A stretch of 64,000 nt of DNA from Spirochaetia bacterium (GTDB lineage Bacteria > Spirochaetota > Spirochaetia > SZUA-6 > Bin103). A model generated the notes under the pieces. That model had not been told where the DNA came from. It searched no databases and worked only from the letters and a program-made list of their open reading frames with translations. The stretch is from contig CBDBDQ010000005.1 of the NCBI GenBank assembly GCA_965203905.1, forward strand, positions 1,504,001-1,568,000, given 5' to 3'. Below, in pieces: positions 42,239 through 51,363 of the stretch (its first letter is position 1; each line of letters opens with the position of its first letter). The position numbers and the translations under genes were made by a program.

Positions 42239-42341
42239 GTCACCCTGAGTCCGCGCAGAATGAACTGGCGCGCCTACTTCGACAGGGGCACGTGAGTCTA
42301 CTGCCCCCGAGCCAGCACACACCTCTCGAAGAGCGGGACCA
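42175..42341 (+). pseudogene. Degenerate second vapB copy (direct repeat copy 2)
   Basis: RRFETSEVDVIKEGD* with premature stop and a 1-nt gap relative to copy 1. Confidence 0.85.
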
Positions 42342-42359
42342 TGAACACGTCGCTTTGGA

Positions 42360-42620
42360 TGGCGCGCACGGTTGTGCAGAAGCCAGCTCCTACGACTACT
42401 TTGCTGACGAGGAGGCGCATTCCGCGATTGGTCATTCAGAAGTGATCCTACGGTTCTGCGACGGTTTCTGGCTGGAGCGCGGAACCTGCTGAAGAGCCGG
42501 ATCAGGCGGGCGACGAGGAACATGAGCCGCGACCATGAGGCGGTAGTCCGAATCGTCCTGTTCGGTTCGGTGGCTTCCGACCGCGTGCTTCAAGCTAGCT
42601 GCTGCTCGACAACCGGGAGT
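42360..42620 (+). pseudogene. HEPN C-terminal and minimal nucleotidyltransferase N-terminal remnants
   Basis: YDYFADEEAHSAIGHSEVILRFC (HEPN last helix), then frameshifted FWLER/NLLKSRIRR...VVRIVLFGSVA (MNT FGS motif), truncated. Confidence 0.55.
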
Positions 42621-42659
42621 GCAGAAATAAAGACCATGGCCATCGGGGTCGACCACAGA

Positions 42660-43169
42660 CTATCTCGCGGCCATTTTCAGCTCAAGCTCGCTAAGCAGAC
42701 GAAAAGCTCTATTGAGGAGATCCTGGTTCCTCGTTGTACGCGGCTTACGGATTTTCAGTTCGTCAATTGCTCGGGCATCGTATTCCTCTTTCAGGAATAC
42801 GAATGCGGATGCTAGCTCCAGAACGAGGTCACTAGCTTCGGCCATCTTCTCGAGTCGGAGACGGACCTCATGCGACGCGAGACCATCAACATATCCCGGC
42901 TCTTTATCGTGGTCCCTCCGGCAGGAAACCCAATATGGGGTCCCGTGCCGAGTCTTCGATTCCTCTACAGCAATCCGCTCGTCGTAGCGTGCGTTCTCCC
43001 ACCCTGACGCCAGATCATGGGAGTACGGTCCGCCGTGGTAATAGATGAACTTCACATTAAAGTTCGCACCACAGCGATGCAGCAGATATGCTTCCCACTG
43101 CAGACGTTCGCAGTCTATCTGTCTGCCGTTTAATCTAATAAGGTTAACCACAATGTCATCGGGACTCAT
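42660..43169 (-). CDS. YwgA/SocA-Panacea-like winged-helix protein
   Basis: RLQWEAYLL...FIYYHGGPYSHDL and VLELAS motifs; ATGA overlap with the HD gene. Confidence 0.7.
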   Translation of the reverse strand: MSPDDIVVNLIRLNGRQIDCERLQWEAYLLHRCGANFNVKFIYYHGGPYSHDLASGWENARYDERIAVEESKTRHGTPYWVSCRRDHDKEPGYVDGLASHEVRLRLEKMAEASDLVLELASAFVFLKEEYDARAIDELKIRKPRTTRNQDLLNRAFRLLSELELKMAAR

Positions 43170-44512
43170 TCCAGGCTCCTTGCAATTTCAAAAAGTTTAT
43201 CGATCTCTGTCTGGTCGTGAGCATAGACGCGACGGATGCGTTGCTCATCTCGAAACGCCTGAATCATCGCCGACACACCAACGATATCCGTTGGATCGCT
43301 CTCTGACACTTCGGTCTTCACCAGGACCTTGTTGAGCGCCGACTTACTGTCAAAGTCGTACTCCTTGTAAAGTTCTACCTTGTCATCATCGAACAATAGG
43401 TCGGGCCGTTCTCCTAATCTATGTCGAAAGCTTCCGTACACATTGCGTCCTGGTTTTTCGAAACGACCGACGTCAAGACACTTGTAAAGATCTCGGTGGC
43501 GCAGACGGCGCGCGAGGGTCGAGATTTCTAAGTTCGATGATGTCGCGAGAGCAGCCAATGTGGCCCAAATTGAGGCGTCGTCAATGTCCATATATTCGCG
43601 TACAATTGGGCCGTCTGACTTGAAGTACCGCACGACCGGATCCGAAGAGAATTCGTCAGCGAACCTGCTGTCTACGGCGACCGCCCGTAGCAAAAAAGTA
43701 AGCATTTTCTCGGCAGCCCTAGTAGTCTTATGAAGAAAGACCATCGTATAGAGCCTAAAGCGTGCCACAAGGTACTCTTCAGCGACCGGAATACCCTTAC
43801 GATTGAGGTAAAGGCACGGCGACCTGATCGGATCATCTTCGCCTCGTGTGACTTCTCCAACCTCAAGGCAGTCAAATAGCCAGTCAAGATCGAGATGTGC
43901 AGACTCGACTCCCGTCATCAGCCGGTCACGTTGCACATAATCGAGCCTATCGGCATCGAATTGGCTAGCAACGACGGTGGCGTATATGTCTTCCGGCTCA
44001 TCTTTGTCTTTCAACACTTTGCTGATACTTACGGGCAGATTAGGGTCGTATTTCTTCAGCACCTCGTTGATCTCGGTCTCGCCGGCGACGATCTCGGCAC
44101 TCCATTCTTCATGGCGTTTGGGCAGGCCTACAGCCTTAGCGACATCCTCGAATGCGTGGCTGAAGGGGCCATGACCGACATCATGCAGAAGTGCTGCCAG
44201 CAGGACTTCGCGCGCGCGGCCGTCGTTGAGTGATCCTTGCCTGCGCCGAATGACCTCGATGAGCTGGCGCGCGGTGTGGTAGACTCCGATGCTGTGAACG
44301 AATCGGCTATGGGTGGCTCCCGGAAAGACAAAATCCGAGAATCCCAACTGACGGATGCGACGTAGTCGCTGGAACTCGCGGGTGTTGAGCAAATCCCACG
44401 CGATGCGGTCAGTCTCGTCCTGAAATTTGCTTTTTCGTTCGCAGAAGACGATCAGTCCGTGTACCGGGTCACGGATGCGTCTGGGCTTCTGGGGCTCGTG
44501 GGGTTTCTTCAT
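43166..44512 (-). CDS. HD-domain phosphohydrolase (SAMHD1/YwfO-like dNTPase family)
   Basis: RDPVHG, FQRLRRIRQLG, HSRFVHSIG, LLHDVGHGPFSH, FDADRLDY. Confidence 0.9.
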   Translation of the reverse strand: MKKPHEPQKPRRIRDPVHGLIVFCERKSKFQDETDRIAWDLLNTREFQRLRRIRQLGFSDFVFPGATHSRFVHSIGVYHTARQLIEVIRRRQGSLNDGRAREVLLAALLHDVGHGPFSHAFEDVAKAVGLPKRHEEWSAEIVAGETEINEVLKKYDPNLPVSISKVLKDKDEPEDIYATVVASQFDADRLDYVQRDRLMTGVESAHLDLDWLFDCLEVGEVTRGEDDPIRSPCLYLNRKGIPVAEEYLVARFRLYTMVFLHKTTRAAEKMLTFLLRAVAVDSRFADEFSSDPVVRYFKSDGPIVREYMDIDDASIWATLAALATSSNLEISTLARRLRHRDLYKCLDVGRFEKPGRNVYGSFRHRLGERPDLLFDDDKVELYKEYDFDSKSALNKVLVKTEVSESDPTDIVGVSAMIQAFRDEQRIRRVYAHDQTEIDKLFEIARSLE

Positions 44513-45064
44513 TCGCTCTTCCCTGTAAAGGAGACGTCATAAGCTTCCGGGAACGAATGGCCGACTTTCGGCGCGTAAATCGTTGGGAATGGTCGTCCTG
44601 CGTATTGTAACAGTCCCTATCGCCGCTTGTCGGGAGGCATTTCACCCTTACGTACGCCGCCGCATGCTCGGGAAGAGCAAACCGATGGCCCGATTTCATC
44701 GTTCGTAAGGCGCGGGAGTACGTGGCCAGCGGCAAACTCCTGAGCCACTCGATGATCGGATACCAAGTATCGAGCCGGTCACCGCTGCCTGCGAGGGTGG
44801 CCCTGGTGCCGTCCGCCCGGTCCCCATGGGCACGCAACCTCTCGAATCGCCCGTGCGGTGGCGGAGACCATCAATCGGGGCACCCGCGAGTCGACATTAT
44901 TAAGCACGAACTCACTCTGCCCCCATTGTCCGCCCTGGGGCAAGACCGGCGTTCGATCCCGGTTGATCTCCCGGAGCGGCACAGCGCCGCCTCCACGCGC
45001 GAGTCGCCGATCCGGCAGCGAAAGCCGAACTGCCGCTCCACCTCGGGTTGGACGCCGGGAACAC

Positions 45065-45345
45065 CTCGACGTGCAACTTGCCGCCGCACACGATGTCGTA
45101 GCCCGCGGACCGTAGACACTGTCTGCTCTGGTGGTTCGTCTCCAGGCCGCCGAGACGATGCGGCGGGTGACCGGTGAGCAGGCTGTAACGCGTCGGTACG
45201 CACACCGGATTCGCCACATAGGTCAGCTTGACCGGGCGAGCTCGCGCGCCAGCCGGCCCAGCGCCAGCGTCCGCACGTATCGGTCTCGGGTTATACCGGG
45301 CCAGCCGGTACTGCTGGTCGGAGGTGATCAGCAGGAGGTCGGCCC
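45065..45345 (-). pseudogene. Degraded sulfatase N-terminal fragment
   Basis: LLITSDQQ, NPVCVPTRYSLLTG (CxPxR), AGYD...GKLH with deletions between motifs; no proper start. Confidence 0.7.
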
Positions 45346-45372
45346 GCCCGTCAGCTGGCTTCGGGGGCCGTC

Positions 45373-46077
45373 TCAGGTGCGGGCGAACAGGTAGGCGCGG
45401 TTGCGGCGGCCTACCAGCTCGATGGCGCCGATGCGGCGCAGCGTGTAGGTCATCATGCCGGCCAGCGACGCGGGCATGTTGCCGGCGGAGGCCAGGGAGC
45501 GGTTGGTGAACGGTTCTTCCAGATCGGGGGGCAGCAGCCGGGCGAAGTCGGCGGGCGTACGGAAGCGGCGCTGGTCGCAAACCTTCAGCAGTTTGGTGTC
45601 GACGACGCTGACGCCGCCGCGCCGCCAACTGCCGTGGCCGTCGGCGCAGCGCAGCTCCTCCACCTCGACCAGGAGCGCCTCGAGGGTGAAGTTGGGGTTG
45701 CCGACCAGGTGCGGAATGCGCATCAGCTCGGCGAACAGGTCGCGGTAGGCGCCTCGCTTCGGCGATGCGCGCCGACGCAGCACGCGGCCGTCCGCGTCAG
45801 CGGTCACGATCCACTTGCGCTGCGCGATGGGGAATACCAGCCGTACCCGGTGGTCGCCGACCAGGCGCGGCAGCTTGCGTGCCAGCTTCGCGAAGTTGCG
45901 AGTCTGGATCTCTATCAGGGTCCCGCAGCGCACCAGGTCGATCACGTAGCCGCCCAGCGCCACTTCGGTGCGGTCCCGCGGCAGCGCGTACCAGCGCTTG
46001 AGCGCCGCATGCAGCGACCGCTCCCGCAACTCGCCGATGGAGTGCTCGGGAGGCGCCGCCGCGACCTGATCAGCCAT
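45373..46077 (-). CDS. Hypothetical protein, PD-(D/E)xK-like (D...EIQ) motif
   Basis: IGELRERSLHAALK, YVIDL...IEIQT; coherent GC codon usage. Confidence 0.7.
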   Translation of the reverse strand: MADQVAAAPPEHSIGELRERSLHAALKRWYALPRDRTEVALGGYVIDLVRCGTLIEIQTRNFAKLARKLPRLVGDHRVRLVFPIAQRKWIVTADADGRVLRRRASPKRGAYRDLFAELMRIPHLVGNPNFTLEALLVEVEELRCADGHGSWRRGGVSVVDTKLLKVCDQRRFRTPADFARLLPPDLEEPFTNRSLASAGNMPASLAGMMTYTLRRIGAIELVGRRNRAYLFART

Positions 46078-46129
46078 GCTCCCTCACCCTTCCATTATCG
46101 GCGGCACGCGCGGCGCAACAGCACGGCAG

Positions 46130-47810
46130 CTACTCCGTAACCTCCAGGGAGGCGAGAAGACGCCCTGAACGCAAAAGGTAACCTTCGTCTTCCGGGTTGT
46201 CGTTGCCGGATTTCGACGGGTCCGGACCACCGCCTGGCGATCCCGGGATCGGGATGGAGTGGCGAATGGTGATTTTCTCCTCGCTGACCAGCACCTCCTT
46301 CACGAGCAGGCGGACGATGCGCTGGCGCTCTGGGATGTCCAGGGTTGCGGCGGATGTGCGCAGGCGCGCCAGAAAGCCTGTCAGGGTCTCGGCGATCCGC
46401 AGATAGGTCTCCCGGTCCTTGGCTTGATCGACAACGGATTGCAGTTCGCGATGCAGAGCCTGCTCCTGACGGCGCAGCTCGGGCATTCTGGCGCGCAGCT
46501 CGTCGATGGTGATCAACTCTTCCTGATAAGCGTTGACCAGACGCTCGATGCTCTTGCGGATCCTGACCAGGCGCTGCCGCAGGTCGATCTCGCGCTGCTG
46601 GTTGGGATCGGAGGCACGGGCCGCCTCCAGTCGGCGGTCGATCTCGGCGCCAATCAGTGCCGGGTCCTCAAGCAGGCGGACGACTTCGTTCCATACGATC
46701 TCATCAAGCAGATCCTGGCGCACCGGCCGGCTGTCGCACAGCGGCCCGGTGAGATGGCGCCAGGAATCGGAACCCAGGCAGCGGTAGTAGGAGATCTTGC
46801 GGGCACTCGTCCGAGCGAAGGTACGAGACAGCGCATAGCCGCATCTGCCGCACGAGACCAGTCCTTGCACCACGCTCGGCGTCTTGGTGCGTCGCGGTGA
46901 ACGGGCCTTGTTCTGCTCAAGCCGCTCTTCGGCCAGGGCGAAGGTATCTTCGCTGACGATCGCCGGGACCGGGATCTCGATCCACTCCGCGCGCGGTTTT
47001 TCGTGACCGCCGGTGGTCGCGCTGGCCACTCCGCCGCGCAGGCGCACCGGACGCGTCACACACTTACGCGGCATTTGGCGGGTCTTGCCGAAACAGGCTT
47101 TCCCCTTATACGCCGGGTTGCGCAGCATCGCCCACACCGTCGATCGTTCCCAGCGCGAGTCCCCGATGGACGTGGGCACCGCGCGCTCATTGAGTTTGCG
47201 GGTGATCGCGCCGATGCTCAGGTGCTCACCGGTGTAGTAGCGGTAGACTTCGCGAACCACCGAGGCCTGTGGCTCCACGATTTCGTAGAAGGCATCGCTG
47301 TCCGAGGTTTTCTTGTGGTAGCGGTAGCCATAGGGCGCGCCGCCCAGCACGGCGACTTCGCCGCGGCGCGCCCGGTGGCGTTTGCCACGCCGGGAACGTT
47401 CGAGAATCTGCGCGCGTTCGTACTCTGCGATCATGCCCTGGAATTGGACGAGAAGATGGTCTTCCGGGGTTTCCATCGACGGCGCGTTCAAGAACACGAT
47501 TTCCACGCCCTGGCGGGCCAGCTCCTCGATGATCAGAACCTGGTACGTATAGCGGCGGCTCAAAACGGTCCGGGGAATGGACCAGAACCGTGTCGATGCG
47601 TCCTTCCGCGGCGAGGTCCCTGACCCGCTCCAGCCCCGGGCGTTCGAGAACGGCGCCCGTGTAGCCATCATCCTCGATGACCATGTCCGGCGCGACACGG
47701 TAACCATGCTGGTCCGCATAGGCGATCAGGGCCTCGGTCTGGCTGGCGATCGTATTGCTATCTCTCTGCTGGTCGCCCGATACCCGCGCGTAGAGGGCTG
47801 CGATCTTCAT
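46130..47810 (-). pseudogene. Large serine recombinase with one frameshift
   Basis: YARVS catalytic Ser, RPGL; DR/LSR motif split by an extra T at 47562-47565; recombinase domain, zinc ribbon CGRCG...YYRC, coiled coil. Confidence 0.88.
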
Positions 47811-47964
47811 GGTCGTCTCCTATATCCTGCGCCCGTGCCGGGATCTTGTGAACCCGATCGGGCACCAGAATCGCGTAGGCGTTCTGGAGTTTGGCGTCGA
47901 GCAGGCGATCGAAGGCAGCAACGAGGTGCACCGTGGGTTGCTGCCACCGGCGGCGTTCAGCCAA
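47758..47964 (-). CDS. Small hypothetical protein in recombinase element
   Basis: AFDRLLDAKLQNAYAILVP; overlaps both neighbouring genes. Confidence 0.55.
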   Translation of the reverse strand: MAERRRWQQPTVHLVAAFDRLLDAKLQNAYAILVPDRVHKIPARAQDIGDDHEDRSPLRAGIGRPAER

Positions 47965-48286
47965 AGCGATCCGCCTCCGAGAAAAACCGTCTCAGAGCCC
48001 GCGCAACGATCTCCCCGATTGAGAGGCCACTGTTCCTGGCATGCGCACGCAAGGTCTGCGCTACCGTGTCTGGAATCTTGATGGTGATGGGAATCAGGGC
48101 TTCGGTCGGCGCGGCCGGCTGGCCCATGGCGCGCGCGTCCTGGACGTAGCGATAGGACTGCCGCGGCGACAGCCCGAAACGCTGCGACAGCCGCAGCACG
48201 ACATCGCTCGCCGTCATGCCCTGGGCAAGCAGCGTATAGGCGGCGTTGAGGCGCTCGACCTTCTGGGCGCGTGTCGACCGGGCCAC
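47957..48286 (-). CDS. HTH plus ribbon-helix-helix-like DNA-binding protein
   Basis: LSQRFGLSPRQSYRYV (HTH) and ITIKIPDTVAQTLRAHA...SIGEIVARAL (RHH-like). Confidence 0.7.
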   Translation of the reverse strand: MARSTRAQKVERLNAAYTLLAQGMTASDVVLRLSQRFGLSPRQSYRYVQDARAMGQPAAPTEALIPITIKIPDTVAQTLRAHARNSGLSIGEIVARALRRFFSEADRFG

Positions 48287-48545
48287 TTGCCATAAGCATA
48301 TTACCTCTTGCGTCTCAAATCAATCATGGGACGCTCTCGCCATGCCACGATCTGACGTTCAAAGCGGAAGTTACCTTTTGTGTTTAGGGTGTCATAACGC
48401 TTCCGTGCGGCGCCGAGTGGCGCATGAACCAGCCGTGCGTCTTCGAGCACTATGCGCAAGCTGCTGGTATCGAGTTCGCGGGCATAGCCTTCGGACAACT
48501 ACCGGCTGCAAGGCCGGCATTGGTAGCGTGTTAGTTGAAGCTCGC

Positions 48546-49604
48546 TCACCGGTACAGTCCCCGCCGTTCAAGGTCCCGGTAGTCGTAGCACCCATTCGCC
48601 GCTACCGCGAGCTCGACAGCATATCGCGAAACCAATGCCAGCCGCGCTTGCGCTCTCAACTCCGCGGATAGCCCGTTATGCTCGGTGATCCAAGAGTAAC
48701 ACGTTCTGCCGAGGCGAAAGTCCTCTCCGGTGGCGAATTTTCTTCGTTGGTAGAGGGTCTTGATCGCCCTTTCCAGAGCCTCGTCGTTGTTCAGGACCAT
48801 GTGCCGTATCTCGGTCACCGTCCACTTGCGATTGCCGGGTTCGCCACGGTCGGGCGGTGACGGCTCACGGCCTGATAAGGCGGACGTTCTCGCCCGAGGG
48901 TTCGGCGCGGCGCCGCTGCCGACCTGCTTGGAGCGTGGCTCCGCCGATGGCTTCGCGCTTGCTTCGGCCTGAAGCCGCTGCAGTTTGTGTTCAATCTCGA
49001 TGCGCTGGCGCTCCGCCTCGATGGCTCGGCGTTCCCATAGGGCCCGTTGCCGAGTTTCCCACGCGGCACGTTCCTCGGCGGATTTTCTTTTGCGGCTTTC
49101 GTCGAGAACACGCTGCGTTACACGCGCCATATCCTTGGGGAGAGCCGCCGGATCAGGTGGCACGACGAAGGGCTCCGGCAGAAAATCCGGATCCTCGCCG
49201 AAGGTGCGATGGAACCAGATACCGAGCTCCCGGGCGTCTTCAAGAGCCCTGCGACTCTGGAGGATGTCCTCTCTGCCGTCGTGGGAATGGCTCGCAGTGT
49301 TGCCTGCCTTGCGCAGTGACTGGAAGATCATCGCCTCACGCGGCGGCAGCACGCGGTTTTCGAACAGACGATTCAGAAGACGAGCGAACGATTCGTCCAA
49401 CTCAAAGCATCCGGTTCGTGCGGCAGTGAGTTGGGCCAGCAGCTCGGCAAACTGACGTAGTTTGAGCAGGCAGGTGTTGGCGGAGCTTCTTACGTAGCGT
49501 TCGGCTTCCTCTCCGTAGCGTACGAGCTGCTCGTCGTGAACCTCCAGGAATCCAAAATTCGACGACGGCCCGACGGGGGTGCGCGTTTCAAGGCTGTCAG
49601 TCAT
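48546..49604 (-). CDS. DUF4145/HsdR-N-terminal-like domain fused to coiled coil and unknown C-terminal domain
   Basis: SNFGFL...AERY...LKLRQFAE...LRKAGNTASH...WFHRTF resembles the EcoKI-type HsdR N-terminus; no helicase motifs. Confidence 0.75.
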   Translation of the reverse strand: MTDSLETRTPVGPSSNFGFLEVHDEQLVRYGEEAERYVRSSANTCLLKLRQFAELLAQLTAARTGCFELDESFARLLNRLFENRVLPPREAMIFQSLRKAGNTASHSHDGREDILQSRRALEDARELGIWFHRTFGEDPDFLPEPFVVPPDPAALPKDMARVTQRVLDESRKRKSAEERAAWETRQRALWERRAIEAERQRIEIEHKLQRLQAEASAKPSAEPRSKQVGSGAAPNPRARTSALSGREPSPPDRGEPGNRKWTVTEIRHMVLNNDEALERAIKTLYQRRKFATGEDFRLGRTCYSWITEHNGLSAELRAQARLALVSRYAVELAVAANGCYDYRDLERRGLYR

Positions 49605-49644
49605 GGCAGGTCGTGGGCACCGACTGCGGGACGCATTTCGGCGC

Positions 49645-51288
49645 TCAGGAGACCTCGTGGATTTCGCGGGCGATGGGGAAGCGGCGGCCGGTGCCGAAGG
49701 CGCGGGGGGAGACCTTGAGGATGGTGGGGGCCTGGCGGCGCTTGTACTCGGCGCGGCCCACGCGGCGCAGCACGTCGGCGACGGTGGCGTCGTCGAAGTC
49801 GCGGGCGACGATCTCGGCGCGGGTGAGGTTGTCGATCACGTAGAGCTGCAGGATCTTGTCGAGCACCTCGTAGTCGGGCAGGGAGTCCTGGTCGGTCTGG
49901 CCGGGGCGCAGCTCGGCCGAGGGCGGCTTGGTGAGCGTCGCCTCGGGGATAATCTCGCGGTCCCGGTTGATGGCGCGGGAGAGGGCGTACACCTCGGTCT
50001 TGAGCAGGTCGCCGATCGGCGCCAGCCCGCCGCACAGGTCGCCGTAGAGGGTGGAGTAGCCGGTGGCCAGCTCCGACTTGTTGCCGGTGGCCAGCAGGAT
50101 GGAGCCGGTCTTGTTGGAGAACGCCATCATCAGCATGCCGCGGATGCGCGCCTGCAGGTTTTCTTCGGTAATGTCGGGCTCCGCTCCCGCGAACACCGGT
50201 GCCAGTGCGCGCTCGTAGCCGGCGTAGAGCTCCTCGATGGCGATGGTGTGCAGCGGCACGCCGAGCCGCCCGCACAGCAGCGCCGCGTCGGTCTTGCTGC
50301 CGTCGGAGGAGTACATCGAGGGCAGTGAAAACGCCGTGACCCGGTCGGGACCGAGGGCACGCGCCGCCAGCGCGGCTACCAGCGCCGAGTCGATGCCGCC
50401 CGAGACGGACACGTGCACGCGTTCGTGATGCGTCTTGCGCAGGTAGTCGGCGATGCCCATACCCAGGGCGCACTCCAGCTCGGCCCAGCCGTCGGCGTTG
50501 GCGGCCACCGGAGCGCCCGGTGCCGCGCTGTCCCACAGCGCCAGCTCCTCCCGGAAGCCGGCGCACTGCAGCAGCAGCTCGCCGCCCGCGCCGGTGACGA
50601 ACGACTGGCCGTCGAACAGCAGGCCGTCGTTGCCGCCCACCATGTTGACGTACACCACCGGTACGCCGGAGGCGGCGCCGATGCCCTGCAGCAGCCGCCC
50701 GCGCAGCTCCGGCTTGCCGCGGTGGTAGGGGGAGGCGGAGGGCGCCAGCAGCAGCGTGGCGCCGGCGTCGAGGCAGTCGCGCACCGGGTCCACCGCGTAG
50801 CGCCCGCCGGGGTCGGGGTCGGTCTCCCACCAGATGTCCTCGCAGATGGTGAGACCGATGCGTTCGCCGCCGAACTCCACCGTGCGCCGCTGCGCCGCCG
50901 GCTCGAAGTAGCGCGCCTCGTCGAACACGTCGTAGGTGGGCAGCAGGGTCTTGGCCTGGGTGTGCAGGAGGCGCCCGTCGGCGAGCAGGCTGGCGGCGTT
51001 GACCAGGCGCTTGCCGGTGCCGCTGCGGTTGCGGTCGACGTAGCCGATCACGGCCCCCAGGCCCGCCGGCATGGCGCGCTGGATGCGGCGCAGCGCCTTG
51101 AGGTTCTCCTCCACGAAGGAGGCGTGGTCGAGCAGGTCCATCGGCGGGTAGCCGCACAGGCACAGCTCCGGGAACACCACCAGCTCGGCCTTGCGCGTGC
51201 GCGCCTGCGCCAGCCGCGCGAGGATCAGCTCACTGTTGCCGGCGAAGTCGCCGACGGTGGTGTTGACCTGGGCGAGGGCGATGCGCAT
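49645..51288 (-). CDS. nadE: Glutamine-dependent NAD+ synthetase
   Basis: Nitrilase domain (FPEL, KTLLPTY, ICEDIW) plus SGGIDS, ENLQARIR, TGNKSE, PPSAEL. Confidence 0.96.
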   Translation of the reverse strand: MRIALAQVNTTVGDFAGNSELILARLAQARTRKAELVVFPELCLCGYPPMDLLDHASFVEENLKALRRIQRAMPAGLGAVIGYVDRNRSGTGKRLVNAASLLADGRLLHTQAKTLLPTYDVFDEARYFEPAAQRRTVEFGGERIGLTICEDIWWETDPDPGGRYAVDPVRDCLDAGATLLLAPSASPYHRGKPELRGRLLQGIGAASGVPVVYVNMVGGNDGLLFDGQSFVTGAGGELLLQCAGFREELALWDSAAPGAPVAANADGWAELECALGMGIADYLRKTHHERVHVSVSGGIDSALVAALAARALGPDRVTAFSLPSMYSSDGSKTDAALLCGRLGVPLHTIAIEELYAGYERALAPVFAGAEPDITEENLQARIRGMLMMAFSNKTGSILLATGNKSELATGYSTLYGDLCGGLAPIGDLLKTEVYALSRAINRDREIIPEATLTKPPSAELRPGQTDQDSLPDYEVLDKILQLYVIDNLTRAEIVARDFDDATVADVLRRVGRAEYKRRQAPTILKVSPRAFGTGRRFPIAREIHEVS

Positions 51289-51289
51289 T

Positions 51290-51363
51290 TGCCCCAGAGA
51301 CGACTCGAACGTCCGACCTGCGGTTTAGGAAACCGATGCTCTATCCAACTGAGCTACTGGGGC
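51290..51363 (-). tRNA. tRNA-Arg(CCT)
   Basis: Minus strand GCCCCAG...cggt-TT-CCT-AA-accg...GTTCGAGTC...CTGGGGC-A. Confidence 0.93.

Larger units (their letters stand above)
46159..48393 (-). mobile_element. Compact large-serine-recombinase element bounded by 24-bp imperfect inverted repeats
   Basis: 46159-46182 gacgccctgaacgcaaaaggtaac is the reverse complement of 48370-48393 gttaccttttgtgtttagggtgtc at 21/24 positions; encloses three co-oriented ORFs. Confidence 0.85.

Noticed and set aside
48393-48545. attC-like site downstream of the DUF4145 gene (CTAAC...GTTAT on the minus strand)
   Set aside because: R boxes are imperfect, there are no convincing L boxes or full stem, and no integron integrase is present.
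49620-51363. tRNA-Arg(CCT) as the integration site of the adjacent hotspot
   Set aside because: No duplicated tRNA 3' end found, and nadE intervenes.
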